64,000 nt of DNA from an uncultured Thermoproteaceae archaeon (lineage in GTDB: Archaea; Thermoproteota; Thermoprotei; Thermoproteales; Thermocladiaceae): the NCBI GenBank assembly GCA_964575955.1, contig CAZNTG010000003.1, positions 32,001 to 96,000 of the forward strand, read 5' to 3'. A program made the position numbers and the translations under genes. Positions 8,539 to 17,956 of this stretch are shown here, piece after piece. How positions within the stretch are numbered: position 1 is the first letter of the stretch; each line of letters starts with the position of its first letter. The notes under the pieces are model-generated. The model was not told where the DNA came from. It ran no database searches and saw only the letters and a list, made by a program, of their open reading frames with translations.

Positions 8539-10245
8539 ATGGTAAGGAAGAGTGTAGTAATTGCGATAACATTAATGATAATAGCAATAGTAGTTGTAGG
8601 CTCAATATCATATATATACTTATCGAAGTATAGACCTTCAAAAATTGTTAAACATATAACTAAACCTACAAAAGTCAAGATAACACCAACATGCAGTATA
8701 TCATGGCCAAACGTTACTGTACAATATGCAAAACTTTTCAAAATAATAAACACAGGAAAGTACTACATAATTATTAAAGATGCTTCAAACCACACATTTA
8801 TACTAGTACCAAATGGCTGTCCAATACCTAAAAATGTCAGTGGAATAGTTCTAAAAGTTCCATTAAGTAGGGTTGTGTACTTCTCAACTACAGAAGTTGC
8901 ACTACTGTACAGAATAGCTGAAGCTCTACATAACATGACACTCTTGAGGAGTATTATTGGAGTAACTTGGAGAGGTGTTTGGTGGATTCCACATATACAA
9001 GACATGGTTAATAATGGAACTATAAAGTATGTAGGATCTTCATGGAATCCAAATATTGAGAAGATTGTAAGTCTAAATCCACAATTGGTAGTAATGTATA
9101 CTGGAATACCAACAATGGTTCAAGTAATGTATAAACTTGAAAAATCTGGACTTAAAGTATTTGTTGATAATGAATGGCTAGAACATACATATCTTGCAAG
9201 ATTTGAATGGATTAAAGCAATAGCAGCACTATATGGTCCAAAAGCATTGAAAGCTAGTGAAGAAATATTTGAGAAGACTGTAAAAACTGTAGAAGAGATC
9301 TATAATAAATGTAGAAATACTAGACCTGTAAAATATGCATGGATGGTAATGTATTGGGGAAAATTCTACATACCTGGAACTGAGAGTTATGTTGTTAAGG
9401 CTTTAAGTAAGATGAATGGTGTATACATATTCGCCACATCTAGATTAGCTAGAGTTGGATCAGTAACTGCAAGTAGAGAATTTATAGATTCAAAAATACC
9501 AAATGCACAGGTAATAGTAATATCAGGATTTCCACCATATACAACATCAATAAACATATACATAAAGACACTACCAGACATGTCAACATCACCTGCAGTA
9601 AAGATGTTTAGAATATTCATGCTACATCCATCATATTGGCAATTAGGGTATGCATATACAGGTCAGGTACTACTACAACTAGCATCAATACTACATCCAT
9701 ACAAGTTTAGAGGTATATATAGAACATTCTTCATACCAATATACTACAACAATATAAATACAACATTTGGAAAAGTTAAGATAATTTGGAGAGGATATTA
9801 CGAGATAGTTAAGGACTACTATAATGATAGTATAATGATAATACCATGGGGATTAATAAATCAGACAAAATACTACAATCCAAAAGTATTTACAGCAATA
9901 GGTAGATTAGAGAAGGATTTAAAGATTGTTAATGCTATAGTTCAAACTCCTGTACATAGAATTGCAATATCTAGAACATGTTTAAAATATGTTGAAGATT
10001 TAGGATTCTCAAAATCTGTAATATATATAGTTAATAAGAGTCTAAATATTGAAAATATAGTCAAACTGAGACCTCAAGTAGTAGTTTTAGATTATAGAAA
10101 TTCCAATATTAGTATTGTTAGAAAGTTGTTGAAGTTTAAAATTCCTGTAATTGTTCTAGATTGTAGTTCTAAATATTCAGGATTTATAATATCACTACTA
10201 TACAACTATCCAGATCTTGGATATATGCTCTATATGTCAAAATAG
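8539..10245 (+). CDS. ABC transporter substrate-binding protein, iron-siderophore/cobalamin (BtuF-like) family
   Basis: N-terminal TM anchor; VPLSRVV, PNIEKIVSLNPQLV, WLEHTYLARFEWIK. Confidence 0.85.
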   Translation: MVRKSVVIAITLMIIAIVVVGSISYIYLSKYRPSKIVKHITKPTKVKITPTCSISWPNVTVQYAKLFKIINTGKYYIIIKDASNHTFILVPNGCPIPKNVSGIVLKVPLSRVVYFSTTEVALLYRIAEALHNMTLLRSIIGVTWRGVWWIPHIQDMVNNGTIKYVGSSWNPNIEKIVSLNPQLVVMYTGIPTMVQVMYKLEKSGLKVFVDNEWLEHTYLARFEWIKAIAALYGPKALKASEEIFEKTVKTVEEIYNKCRNTRPVKYAWMVMYWGKFYIPGTESYVVKALSKMNGVYIFATSRLARVGSVTASREFIDSKIPNAQVIVISGFPPYTTSINIYIKTLPDMSTSPAVKMFRIFMLHPSYWQLGYAYTGQVLLQLASILHPYKFRGIYRTFFIPIYYNNINTTFGKVKIIWRGYYEIVKDYYNDSIMIIPWGLINQTKYYNPKVFTAIGRLEKDLKIVNAIVQTPVHRIAISRTCLKYVEDLGFSKSVIYIVNKSLNIENIVKLRPQVVVLDYRNSNISIVRKLLKFKIPVIVLDCSSKYSGFIISLLYNYPDLGYMLYMSK

Positions 10246-10248
10246 TTT

Positions 10249-11277
10249 ATGAGTAGTATTAAAAATATTCTAATTCTATTAACACTATCTACTCTCCTAA
10301 TACCAACATTCATAATATGTACATGTATTGGACCTGTGAATATACCTATTAAATACATATTGAAGGTCTTGATATGTGGTATACTTCATAAGAATGTTGA
10401 TAATAGTGTTATACAGTATTTTGATATTATATGGAGAATTAGAATTCCTAGAGTTTTAACAAGTTTTATAGCTGGTGCATGTTTAAGTGTTTCAGGACTT
10501 CTATTACAGATATTGTTTAGAAATCCAATTGTTGGACCATGGGTTTTAGGTATTGAATCTGGTTCAACACTTGCTGTTGGTTTACTAGTTCTTACTGGTT
10601 CTCTAGTAGTTCCTGGAGGTATTAATAATCCTTGGACACTATTCTTAACATCTCTAATTGGTGCACTTGCTGTCATGTTTGTCGTGTTGTCTATTGCAGG
10701 TGTTGTTAGAAGTATTGTTACACTACTGCTCATAGGTATAATGATAGGCTATATATGTAGTGCAATTTTGAATATCTTAGAAGTATTTGCTAAAAATATT
10801 CAACTACACGCATTTATAATATGGACATTAGGATCTTTAGGATATGTAACTTGGAGAGAACTATTTGTTATAATATCAATATCAATACCCTGCATATTAC
10901 TTACAGGTATTTTAAGTAAGAGTTTGAATGCTTATATTCTAGGTGAAGATTATGCAAAAACTCTAGGTGTAAATATTAGACTTGTTAGAATACTTGTCAT
11001 ATTACTATCAAGCATACTTACAGCAATAATAACAGCATTTACAGGACCTATAGCATTTATTGGACTTGCAATACCACACATAGCTAGACTAATATTCAAG
11101 ACTAGTGATAGTAGAATTCTAATACCTGCAACAGCAATCATAGGCTCACTAATATTATCATACTGTGATCTAATTGCAAGAACAGCATTATCACCAATAG
11201 AACTTCCAATAAGTACAACAACATCACTAATAGGTGCACCAATAGTTATAATACTCCTACTTAGATATAGAAGATGA
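10249..11277 (+). CDS. FecCD/BtuC-family ABC permease
   Basis: IRIPRVL, LQILFRNPIVGPWVLGI, LGEDYAKTLGVN, GPIAFIGLAIPHIAR. Confidence 0.93.
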   Translation: MSSIKNILILLTLSTLLIPTFIICTCIGPVNIPIKYILKVLICGILHKNVDNSVIQYFDIIWRIRIPRVLTSFIAGACLSVSGLLLQILFRNPIVGPWVLGIESGSTLAVGLLVLTGSLVVPGGINNPWTLFLTSLIGALAVMFVVLSIAGVVRSIVTLLLIGIMIGYICSAILNILEVFAKNIQLHAFIIWTLGSLGYVTWRELFVIISISIPCILLTGILSKSLNAYILGEDYAKTLGVNIRLVRILVILLSSILTAIITAFTGPIAFIGLAIPHIARLIFKTSDSRILIPATAIIGSLILSYCDLIARTALSPIELPISTTTSLIGAPIVIILLLRYRR

Positions 11278-12401
11278 TTTTGAAAGTTGATAAGATAACA
11301 GTATCATACGGTAAGAAGATTGTACTTAAAGATCTTGATATAGAATTTGAAGAAGGTACATTGACAGGTATTGTAGGTCCTAATGGTAGTGGTAAATCTA
11401 CACTATTAAAAACAATTGCAACATTACTAAAACCATTGAGAGGTACTGTATATATAGATTTTAAAGAGATATTTAAAATGAGTAGAAGAGAAATTGCAAA
11501 AACAATATCAATAGTACTTACAGAAAGACCAGATGCTGAACTTATAAAAGTTAGAGATTTAGTAGCACTTGGAAGATATCCATACACAGGAATATTTGGA
11601 AAATTGTCAAATAGAGATATTGATGTTGTTAAAGAATGTTTAAAAATTGTAAGAGCAGAACATCTAGAAGATAGATATTTTACAGAACTTTCAGATGGTG
11701 AAAAACAGAAGGTACTTATAGCTAGAGCACTTGCACAAGAGCCAAAAATATTAATACTTGATGAACCAACAACATTTCTAGATATTAAGCATAGGATGGA
11801 GATAATGTCAATACTTAGAGATATTGCTAAGAAGAAGAATATGATAATAATAGTATCACTACACGAACTTGATATAGCATCAAAATTCTGCGATAAGATA
11901 ATCATAATAAATGATGGTAAAATTGTCAAAGTTGGTCAACCTGAAGAAGTTCTAGATGAAGATACTCTAAGTAAAGTATACTCACTAGATAATGTTGGTG
12001 TATGTAGTCTAGGACCAATATTTGAAATAAAGATATATCCAAAAACTGAAATATTCATAATAGCTGGTCAAGGTAGTGGAGTTAAAATATATAGAAAACT
12101 TGCTAGAAGAGGTATAGGATTTTACACAGGCATACTATACAACTTCGATATTGATTACATAGTTGCAAAAACTATGAATGCTGGTGTATTATGTATAGAA
12201 GATTTTGAAGATCATAGAAAAGCAATTGAAAATGCACTAAAGATCATAGATAAGTCAAGGATAGTCATAGATTCAGGATTTCCAAGAAGTAGAATGTATA
12301 GACATAATGTAGAACTATTAAACATGTGTAGAGAGATTGGTAAAGAAATTTTGAAGATAGACGAGTTAGATATTGATCAACTATACAAAATAGTTAAGTA
12401 G
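11274..12401 (+). CDS. FecE/BtuD-family ABC ATPase with C-terminal extension
   Basis: GPNGSGKST, LSDGEKQK, LILDEPT, SLHE. Confidence 0.93.
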   Translation: MILKVDKITVSYGKKIVLKDLDIEFEEGTLTGIVGPNGSGKSTLLKTIATLLKPLRGTVYIDFKEIFKMSRREIAKTISIVLTERPDAELIKVRDLVALGRYPYTGIFGKLSNRDIDVVKECLKIVRAEHLEDRYFTELSDGEKQKVLIARALAQEPKILILDEPTTFLDIKHRMEIMSILRDIAKKKNMIIIVSLHELDIASKFCDKIIIINDGKIVKVGQPEEVLDEDTLSKVYSLDNVGVCSLGPIFEIKIYPKTEIFIIAGQGSGVKIYRKLARRGIGFYTGILYNFDIDYIVAKTMNAGVLCIEDFEDHRKAIENALKIIDKSRIVIDSGFPRSRMYRHNVELLNMCREIGKEILKIDELDIDQLYKIVK

Positions 12402-12435
12402 ATAAATATATATTTAAAAATATGCATATTGACAT

Positions 12436-13560
12436 GTGGTAAATATTGAAAATGTAGTTGTTGTTGGATGTGGACCTGCAAGTCTCTCAACATGTAGAAT
12501 ATTGTCTAAGTTTGGAATTAAGACAATACTACTAGGTAGACAGTACATACCTGAAAAACCATGTGGTGGTGGTCTTACTAGAAGATGTGTAAAGATTCTA
12601 AATCTAGTATTTCCAGAATATTTAGAAGTTATTAAATCTAGAATAGATACAGTATATATAATACATAGAAGATGTGTATATAAGATTGAGAGTAGAGAGA
12701 TAATGTATACAACAACTAGGAGAGAATTTGATTCAAAATTTCTAAAAGCAGTAGTAGATTATGAAGGTGTTGAATACATACCTGAAAATGTTGTCAAAAT
12801 ATATAAGAGAGATAGAGTGTATAGGATAGTGACAGATAGAGATACAGTAATTGAATCTAAGATAGTTATCGCAGGTGATGGTGTTTATTCAAAAGTTAGA
12901 CAATGTCTAGAAAATTACAACATTAGAAAACTACCATACGCAGTTAGAACATATTGTAAAGGTTGGAATTTTCAAGATACTGTAATTCTAGATTTCTCAA
13001 AAAATCTAGACTATGGATATTTTTGGATATTTCCAATAGGTAGTAATATTGTAAATATTGGATTTGGAACATTTAAAGGAAATCTAAAAGATATAGATAA
13101 AAAATTGAGAAAATATATAGATAGTATAAATCTAAAAATTATAAGTGACTTAAGAGGTCACGCACTTCCAAAAGATATTAAAAATATAGCAAGTATAGAT
13201 AAGAAAGTTATATATATTGGAGATGCTGCAGGACTAATAGACTACACACTTGGTGAAGGTATAACATATGCAACAATATCAGGAATCTTAGCAGCAATAT
13301 CATATATAAAAAATATGAAAAATCCAGGAGAACTATATGAAAAATATATGAAAAACATAATAATAGACTTGAAGATAGCTAGGAAAAATGCAATACATGT
13401 ACCATACATAGTAGATAGAATACTAGACTTAACAATAAAAAACATAATAACTAGAGGAAAACTAAGTATAGAAATTTTAAATGGAAAAGAGACATACTAC
13501 AAAGCAATTAGAAAACTACTAAACATGAGAGAAGTATTAAAACACCTACTCAAACCTTGA
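12436..13560 (+). CDS. Geranylgeranyl reductase-family FAD oxidoreductase
   Basis: [33 protein letters not shown]...GEGI. Confidence 0.85.
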   Translation: MVNIENVVVVGCGPASLSTCRILSKFGIKTILLGRQYIPEKPCGGGLTRRCVKILNLVFPEYLEVIKSRIDTVYIIHRRCVYKIESREIMYTTTRREFDSKFLKAVVDYEGVEYIPENVVKIYKRDRVYRIVTDRDTVIESKIVIAGDGVYSKVRQCLENYNIRKLPYAVRTYCKGWNFQDTVILDFSKNLDYGYFWIFPIGSNIVNIGFGTFKGNLKDIDKKLRKYIDSINLKIISDLRGHALPKDIKNIASIDKKVIYIGDAAGLIDYTLGEGITYATISGILAAISYIKNMKNPGELYEKYMKNIIIDLKIARKNAIHVPYIVDRILDLTIKNIITRGKLSIEILNGKETYYKAIRKLLNMREVLKHLLKP

Positions 13561-13746
13561 AAACATCAACAACTGATCAATCAACTCAACATGAGCAAGC
13601 AAAACTCTCCTACAACAATACCTCTTAACACCAAGATCATCAAGAACCTTACCAGGATCTTCACCAGCAAGAACACGCTCCTTAAAAATCTCCCAAAGAT
13701 GACCTAAAGGCTTACCACAAGTAAAACATCTAACAGGAATTATCAT
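13546..13746 (-). CDS. rpo10: RNA polymerase subunit Rpo10 (N)
   Basis: [12 protein letters not shown]...[13 protein letters not shown]; start moved to ATG at 13746. Confidence 0.97.
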   Translation of the reverse strand: MIIPVRCFTCGKPLGHLWEIFKERVLAGEDPGKVLDDLGVKRYCCRRVLLAHVELIDQLLMFSRFE

Positions 13747-13817
13747 ACACACATACAAGTCTAGACAAGGTAATAAACCTTACTATATGTCTGGTATCAT
13801 TTTTGTTGTTTCCTGCG

Positions 13818-13847
13818 TTCAATTTCCACAGAAATTTCTGGGAAAAG
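13818..13847. repeat. Left copy of a 30-bp inverted repeat, internally palindromic
   Basis: TTCAATTTCCACAGAAATTTCTGGGAAAAG; 28/30 match to reverse complement of 14222-14251; contains perfect palindrome CAGAAATTTCTG. Confidence 0.92.
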
Positions 13848-13879
13848 GCTTAAAATAAAGACAAAACATGTAACTACTC

Positions 13880-14209
13880 ATGAAGAAGTTTGAAGATTTG
13901 AAGATATGTCCTAAGTGTGGTAGACCTATATCATATATTGAGAAGCATGTTAAGAAGAGTAATGTGTACTATGTTGCTGTTCACTATCTTGGTTATGAGA
14001 AGACTAGTAGTGGTAGAGTTAGAAAGATTGTTAAGAAGTGTTATCTAGGTCCTGAAGATTATAAGTATGTTACTAGACAGCATAGATTTACTCTTCATGG
14101 TTGGATTATTGAGAAGAGAGAGTTTGAATATCTTGAGAAGATTCTTGAGAAACTTGATGAGATTTCTAGAAAGCAGGATGAGATTTTAAGAAGGTTGGAT
14201 AGGTCTTGA
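13880..14209 (+). CDS. Small Zn-ribbon/coiled-coil protein resembling archaeal virus/plasmid 'putative integrase' N-terminal-domain proteins
   Basis: ICPKCG..ISYIE...YYVAVHY...KCYLGP..Y.YV motif pattern and C-terminal heptads; 109 aa, too short for a catalytic recombinase. Confidence 0.6.
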   Translation: MKKFEDLKICPKCGRPISYIEKHVKKSNVYYVAVHYLGYEKTSSGRVRKIVKKCYLGPEDYKYVTRQHRFTLHGWIIEKREFEYLEKILEKLDEISRKQDEILRRLDRS

Positions 14210-14221
14210 TTTTCTATTTCT

Positions 14222-14251
14222 CTTTTCACATAAATTTCTGTGGAAATTGAA
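14222..14251. repeat. Right copy of the 30-bp inverted repeat
   Basis: CTTTTCACATAAATTTCTGTGGAAATTGAA, 12 bp after the stop of 13880..14209. Confidence 0.92.
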
Positions 14252-14274
14252 AAATTAATATAAAAATGCTACCA

Positions 14275-14787
14275 CTATTGTATTAATTGTTTTTTGAGGT
14301 ATGGTATTAGTCCTCCTGATTTTAATATTTCTACTATTTTTGGGTCTAGTGGTTTGAAGTTTAGTTCTATTTTTTGTTTATTTTTCTTTTCTATTATTAC
14401 TTTTCCTTCTAGTAGTCTTATTTCTGCTATGTCTTCATCTTCTGCTATTTTTGTTATTCCTGGTATTATTATGACTGGTAGTCCGTTATTTATTGCGTTT
14501 CTGAAGAATATTCTTGCGAATGATTCTGCTATTACTGCTTTTACTCCTGCTCCTTTTAGTGCTATTGCTGCTTGTTCTCTACTACTTCCCATTCCGAAGT
14601 TTTTTCCTGCTACTAGTATTGTTCCTTCTTTTGCTTTTTCGTAGAAGTTTGGTATTAGTGGTTCCATGCAGTGTTTTCCTAATATTTCTGGTTCTGTATA
14701 TACTAGGTATTTTGATGGTATTATTATGTCTGTATTTATGTTATCTCCAACTTTTATCACTTTGCCACGTATTACTTCTAGATTCAT
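14275..14787 (-). CDS. leuD: 3-isopropylmalate dehydratase/homoaconitase small subunit
   Basis: GDNINTDIIIP, AGKNFGMGSSREQA, AESFARIFFRNAINNGLP. Confidence 0.9.
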   Translation of the reverse strand: MNLEVIRGKVIKVGDNINTDIIIPSKYLVYTEPEILGKHCMEPLIPNFYEKAKEGTILVAGKNFGMGSSREQAAIALKGAGVKAVIAESFARIFFRNAINNGLPVIIIPGITKIAEDEDIAEIRLLEGKVIIEKKNKQKIELNFKPLDPKIVEILKSGGLIPYLKKQLIQ

Positions 14788-14875
14788 CTATCTTATTCAT
14801 GTTTTTGTGTTTATAAGATATATCTCTAGACTATGTCTATAACTATTTTAATTTCTAAACTTTTCAAAAATTCTC

Positions 14876-15802
14876 ATGTTATCTGTTGGTGTTGTTGGTG
14901 TTGGTAGGTGGGGTAGAAATCATGTTAGAGTTTTGAAAGAGCTTGAAGTTGAGGGTCTTGTTAATCTTAAACTTGTTGTTGATGTTGATGAGTCTAGAGC
15001 TAGGATGATTGCTGATGAATTTAAAATTCCTCACTATAGTACATGTGTTGAAGATGTTTCTAAGTATTGTGATGCTGCTATAGTTTCTGTACCTATAGAA
15101 CATCTATATTCAACATCTAGACTACTTATTGATGATGGTATTCATGTACTAGTTGAAAAACCTGTTGCCTGTAGTTCTAGTCAAATTTTAGATCTTATGA
15201 ATTTGGCCAAGTCTAAGTCTGTAGTTGTGATGCCTGGATTTATTATGAGATTTAATCCAGCTATTATGAAGTTGAGAAATTTTATAGGTAGTGATGTTCT
15301 ATACATATTCTTTAGAAGACTTAGTAGAAGATCATTACAGGCTAGGAAGTATAGCATACTTCTAGATCTTGCTGTTCATGATATTGATCTATGCATGTAC
15401 ATGGTTGGTAGTCTAGATTTAGAGTTGTTGAATAGTTTTGTTAAATATGTTGATAATTATGAAATTTGTCTAATATCTTTAAGATGTGGTAATTATATAT
15501 GTAATATACATGTTGATGATATTTCAAATATTAAAATTAGAGAAGTTGATGTTGTTGGTAAAGATTTCTTCATTAGGTGTGATACTGATAGTTTAAGTAT
15601 ATTGTATAGATATTCTAAAGGTGTTGTTAATGTTGAGAAAGTTAGTGGTGAAGAACCTTTAAAGATGGAGGATAGAGTGTTTATATATTTAGTATCTGGT
15701 AAAGATGTTAGTGATGTACCAACTTTAGAACATGCTTTACAGGTTTTGAAAATTATTGAAGAAATTTCTCGTATATGTTCTATAAAGCTCATAAGAGATT
15801 AG
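14876..15802 (+). CDS. Gfo/Idh/MocA-family oxidoreductase
   Basis: VGVGRWGRNH, HVLVEKP, RFNP, DLAVHDID. Confidence 0.9.
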   Translation: MLSVGVVGVGRWGRNHVRVLKELEVEGLVNLKLVVDVDESRARMIADEFKIPHYSTCVEDVSKYCDAAIVSVPIEHLYSTSRLLIDDGIHVLVEKPVACSSSQILDLMNLAKSKSVVVMPGFIMRFNPAIMKLRNFIGSDVLYIFFRRLSRRSLQARKYSILLDLAVHDIDLCMYMVGSLDLELLNSFVKYVDNYEICLISLRCGNYICNIHVDDISNIKIREVDVVGKDFFIRCDTDSLSILYRYSKGVVNVEKVSGEEPLKMEDRVFIYLVSGKDVSDVPTLEHALQVLKIIEEISRICSIKLIRD

Positions 15803-15857
15803 ACTATACATGTGAAATTATTTAAAAGACCTCAATATTTGTCTTATTGAGTAAATT

Positions 15858-17312
15858 ATGGTACCACCTTTAAAGAAATTGAGTGAGTGTGTATGGGAAA
15901 TTCCACAGTCATATAAACCATGTATGAGAGTTCCCGCACGTGTATTTGCTAATGAGGTGTTGTTAGAGAAGATGAAGAGTGATGCAACTCTTGAACAGGT
16001 TGCTAATGTTGCATGTCTACCTGGAATATATAAGTATAGTATTGTACTACCTGATGGTCATCAAGGTTATGGATTTCCTATTGGTGGTGTAGCTGCTATA
16101 GATGCTGATGAGGGTGTTATAAGTCCTGGAGGTATTGGTTATGATATTAATTGTGGTGTTCGTCTAATAACTACAAACTTGACAGAGAAGGATGTTAGAC
16201 CAAGATTGAAACAGCTTGTAGATACTATATTTAGTCTAGTACCTGCAGGTCTCGGTGAGCGTGGTCTACTTAGACTATCTATAGATGAGCTTGATAGAGT
16301 ACTCGAGGAAGGCTGTGAATGGGCTGTAAAGAAGGGGTATGGATGGGCTGAAGATCTTGAATATATTGAAGAGCGTGGTAGTTGGAATCTTGCTGATGCT
16401 AGTAAGGTTAGTAATAGAGCTAAGCAGAGAGGTAAAGATCAGCTAGGAACTGTGGGTAGTGGTAATCACTTCGTTGAGATTCAGAAAGTTGACAAGATAT
16501 TTGATAAGAAAGCTGCAGAGATCATGGGAATATATGAGGAAGGTCAGATAACAGTGATGATACATACGGGAAGTAGAGGTCTTGGTCATCAAGTAGCTAC
16601 AGACTACTTGAGAGTTTTTGAAGCAGGTATGAGAAGATGGGGTTTAAGATTACCTGACCGTGAGCTAGCTGCAGCACCATTAAAGACACGTGAAGCACAG
16701 GACTATATTGCAGCTATGGCTGCAGCAGCAAACTTCGCATGGACTAACAGGCAGATAATAATGCACTGGGTTCGTGAAGGTTTTAGAAAAGTCTTCGGTA
16801 AAGATCCTGATAAGCTTGGAATGTACTTAGTGTATGATGTTGCTCACAATATTGCAAAACTTGAAGAACATGTTGTAGATGATAGAGGAACTGTGAGGAA
16901 GGTGTGGGTTCACCGTAAAGGTGCTACTAGAGCATTTCCTGCAGGTAGACCTGAAATACCTGCTAAGTATAAAGATATTGGACAGCCTGTCCTAATACCT
17001 GGAAGTATGGGTACTGCAAGTTGGGTACTTCTAGGAACTGAAGAAGCTATGAAGATAACATTTGGAACATCACCACATGGTGCAGGTAGAACTATGAGTA
17101 GAGAAGCTGCAATTAGAACATTACCACCAAGTAAGGTTAGAGCTGAACTTGAAGCTAAGGGTATATATGTGAGAGTTGCAGAGTCTGAAATTATTAGTGA
17201 GGAAGCACCACAAGCATATAAGAATGTTGATATTGTTGCTGAGGTAACTATAAAGGTTGGAATTGCAAAACCAGTAGTTAGACTTGTACCGTTGGGAGTG
17301 ATTAAAGGATAG
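15858..17312 (+). CDS. rtcB: tRNA-splicing ligase RtcB
   Basis: PDGHQGYGFPIGGV, GYDINCG, GSGNHFVE, YDVAHN, HRKGAT, HGAGR; no intein. Confidence 0.98.
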   Translation: MVPPLKKLSECVWEIPQSYKPCMRVPARVFANEVLLEKMKSDATLEQVANVACLPGIYKYSIVLPDGHQGYGFPIGGVAAIDADEGVISPGGIGYDINCGVRLITTNLTEKDVRPRLKQLVDTIFSLVPAGLGERGLLRLSIDELDRVLEEGCEWAVKKGYGWAEDLEYIEERGSWNLADASKVSNRAKQRGKDQLGTVGSGNHFVEIQKVDKIFDKKAAEIMGIYEEGQITVMIHTGSRGLGHQVATDYLRVFEAGMRRWGLRLPDRELAAAPLKTREAQDYIAAMAAAANFAWTNRQIIMHWVREGFRKVFGKDPDKLGMYLVYDVAHNIAKLEEHVVDDRGTVRKVWVHRKGATRAFPAGRPEIPAKYKDIGQPVLIPGSMGTASWVLLGTEEAMKITFGTSPHGAGRTMSREAAIRTLPPSKVRAELEAKGIYVRVAESEIISEEAPQAYKNVDIVAEVTIKVGIAKPVVRLVPLGVIKG

Positions 17313-17343
17313 AGTATTAATACTTCACTCCACATAGAGCATA

Positions 17344-17901
17344 TTGATGTCTTTTGTAGAGATTGAAAATTTCTACTACCTACTACATCCAAGACCTGTA
17401 GTACTTGTAGTTACCTGTAGTAGAGATGGTAGAATTAACGTCATGACTGCAAGTTGGATTACACCAATAGCAGAGGATGAGCCTACTATAGGTATTGCAA
17501 TTTCTAGAGAACATTTCACTAGAAAGCTTCTAGATGAAGTTCCTGAATTTACAGTAAACATACCTTCACTAGAGTTGATAGATAAGGTATGGAAAGCAGG
17601 TACTGTTAGTGGTCGTGATGTTGATAAATCTAAAATACTTAATTTAAAATTTGGAAAATCTGAGAAAGTTAGACCACCAATTATTGAAGATTGTATTGGA
17701 TATATAGAAGCTAGAGTTAGACAGATAATACCTATTGGTGAAGTAGATTTCATTATTGGTGATGTACTTATAGCTAAGGTTAAGAGAGAATTTTTATATA
17801 AAGGATCGTATATAGATTATAGAAAAGCTAAAAATCTACTACATGTTTCAGGTAGAGCATTTACATACATGACTGAGGTTGTCTATCCTAGTGAGAAGTA
17901 G
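17344..17901 (+). CDS. Flavin reductase-like (flavoredoxin) protein
   Basis: LHPRPVVLV, NVMTASW, EFTVNIP, GTVSGRDVDK. Confidence 0.88.
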   Translation: MMSFVEIENFYYLLHPRPVVLVVTCSRDGRINVMTASWITPIAEDEPTIGIAISREHFTRKLLDEVPEFTVNIPSLELIDKVWKAGTVSGRDVDKSKILNLKFGKSEKVRPPIIEDCIGYIEARVRQIIPIGEVDFIIGDVLIAKVKREFLYKGSYIDYRKAKNLLHVSGRAFTYMTEVVYPSEK

Positions 17902-17956
17902 TTTCTTAAAATTCTAAATTAAGAATATTTTTAACACTATACACATTGTCTATCTA

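Larger units (their letters stand above)
13818..14251. mobile_element. Candidate miniature IR-bounded element carrying one ORF
   Basis: IR - ORF - IR architecture inserted between rpo10 and leuD; no transposase or target-site duplication seen. Confidence 0.5.

Noticed and set aside
13805-14265. Target-site duplication around the IR-bounded unit
   Set aside because: Flanks (…TCCTGCG and AAATTAA…) share no direct repeat, so a classical DDE insertion is not supported
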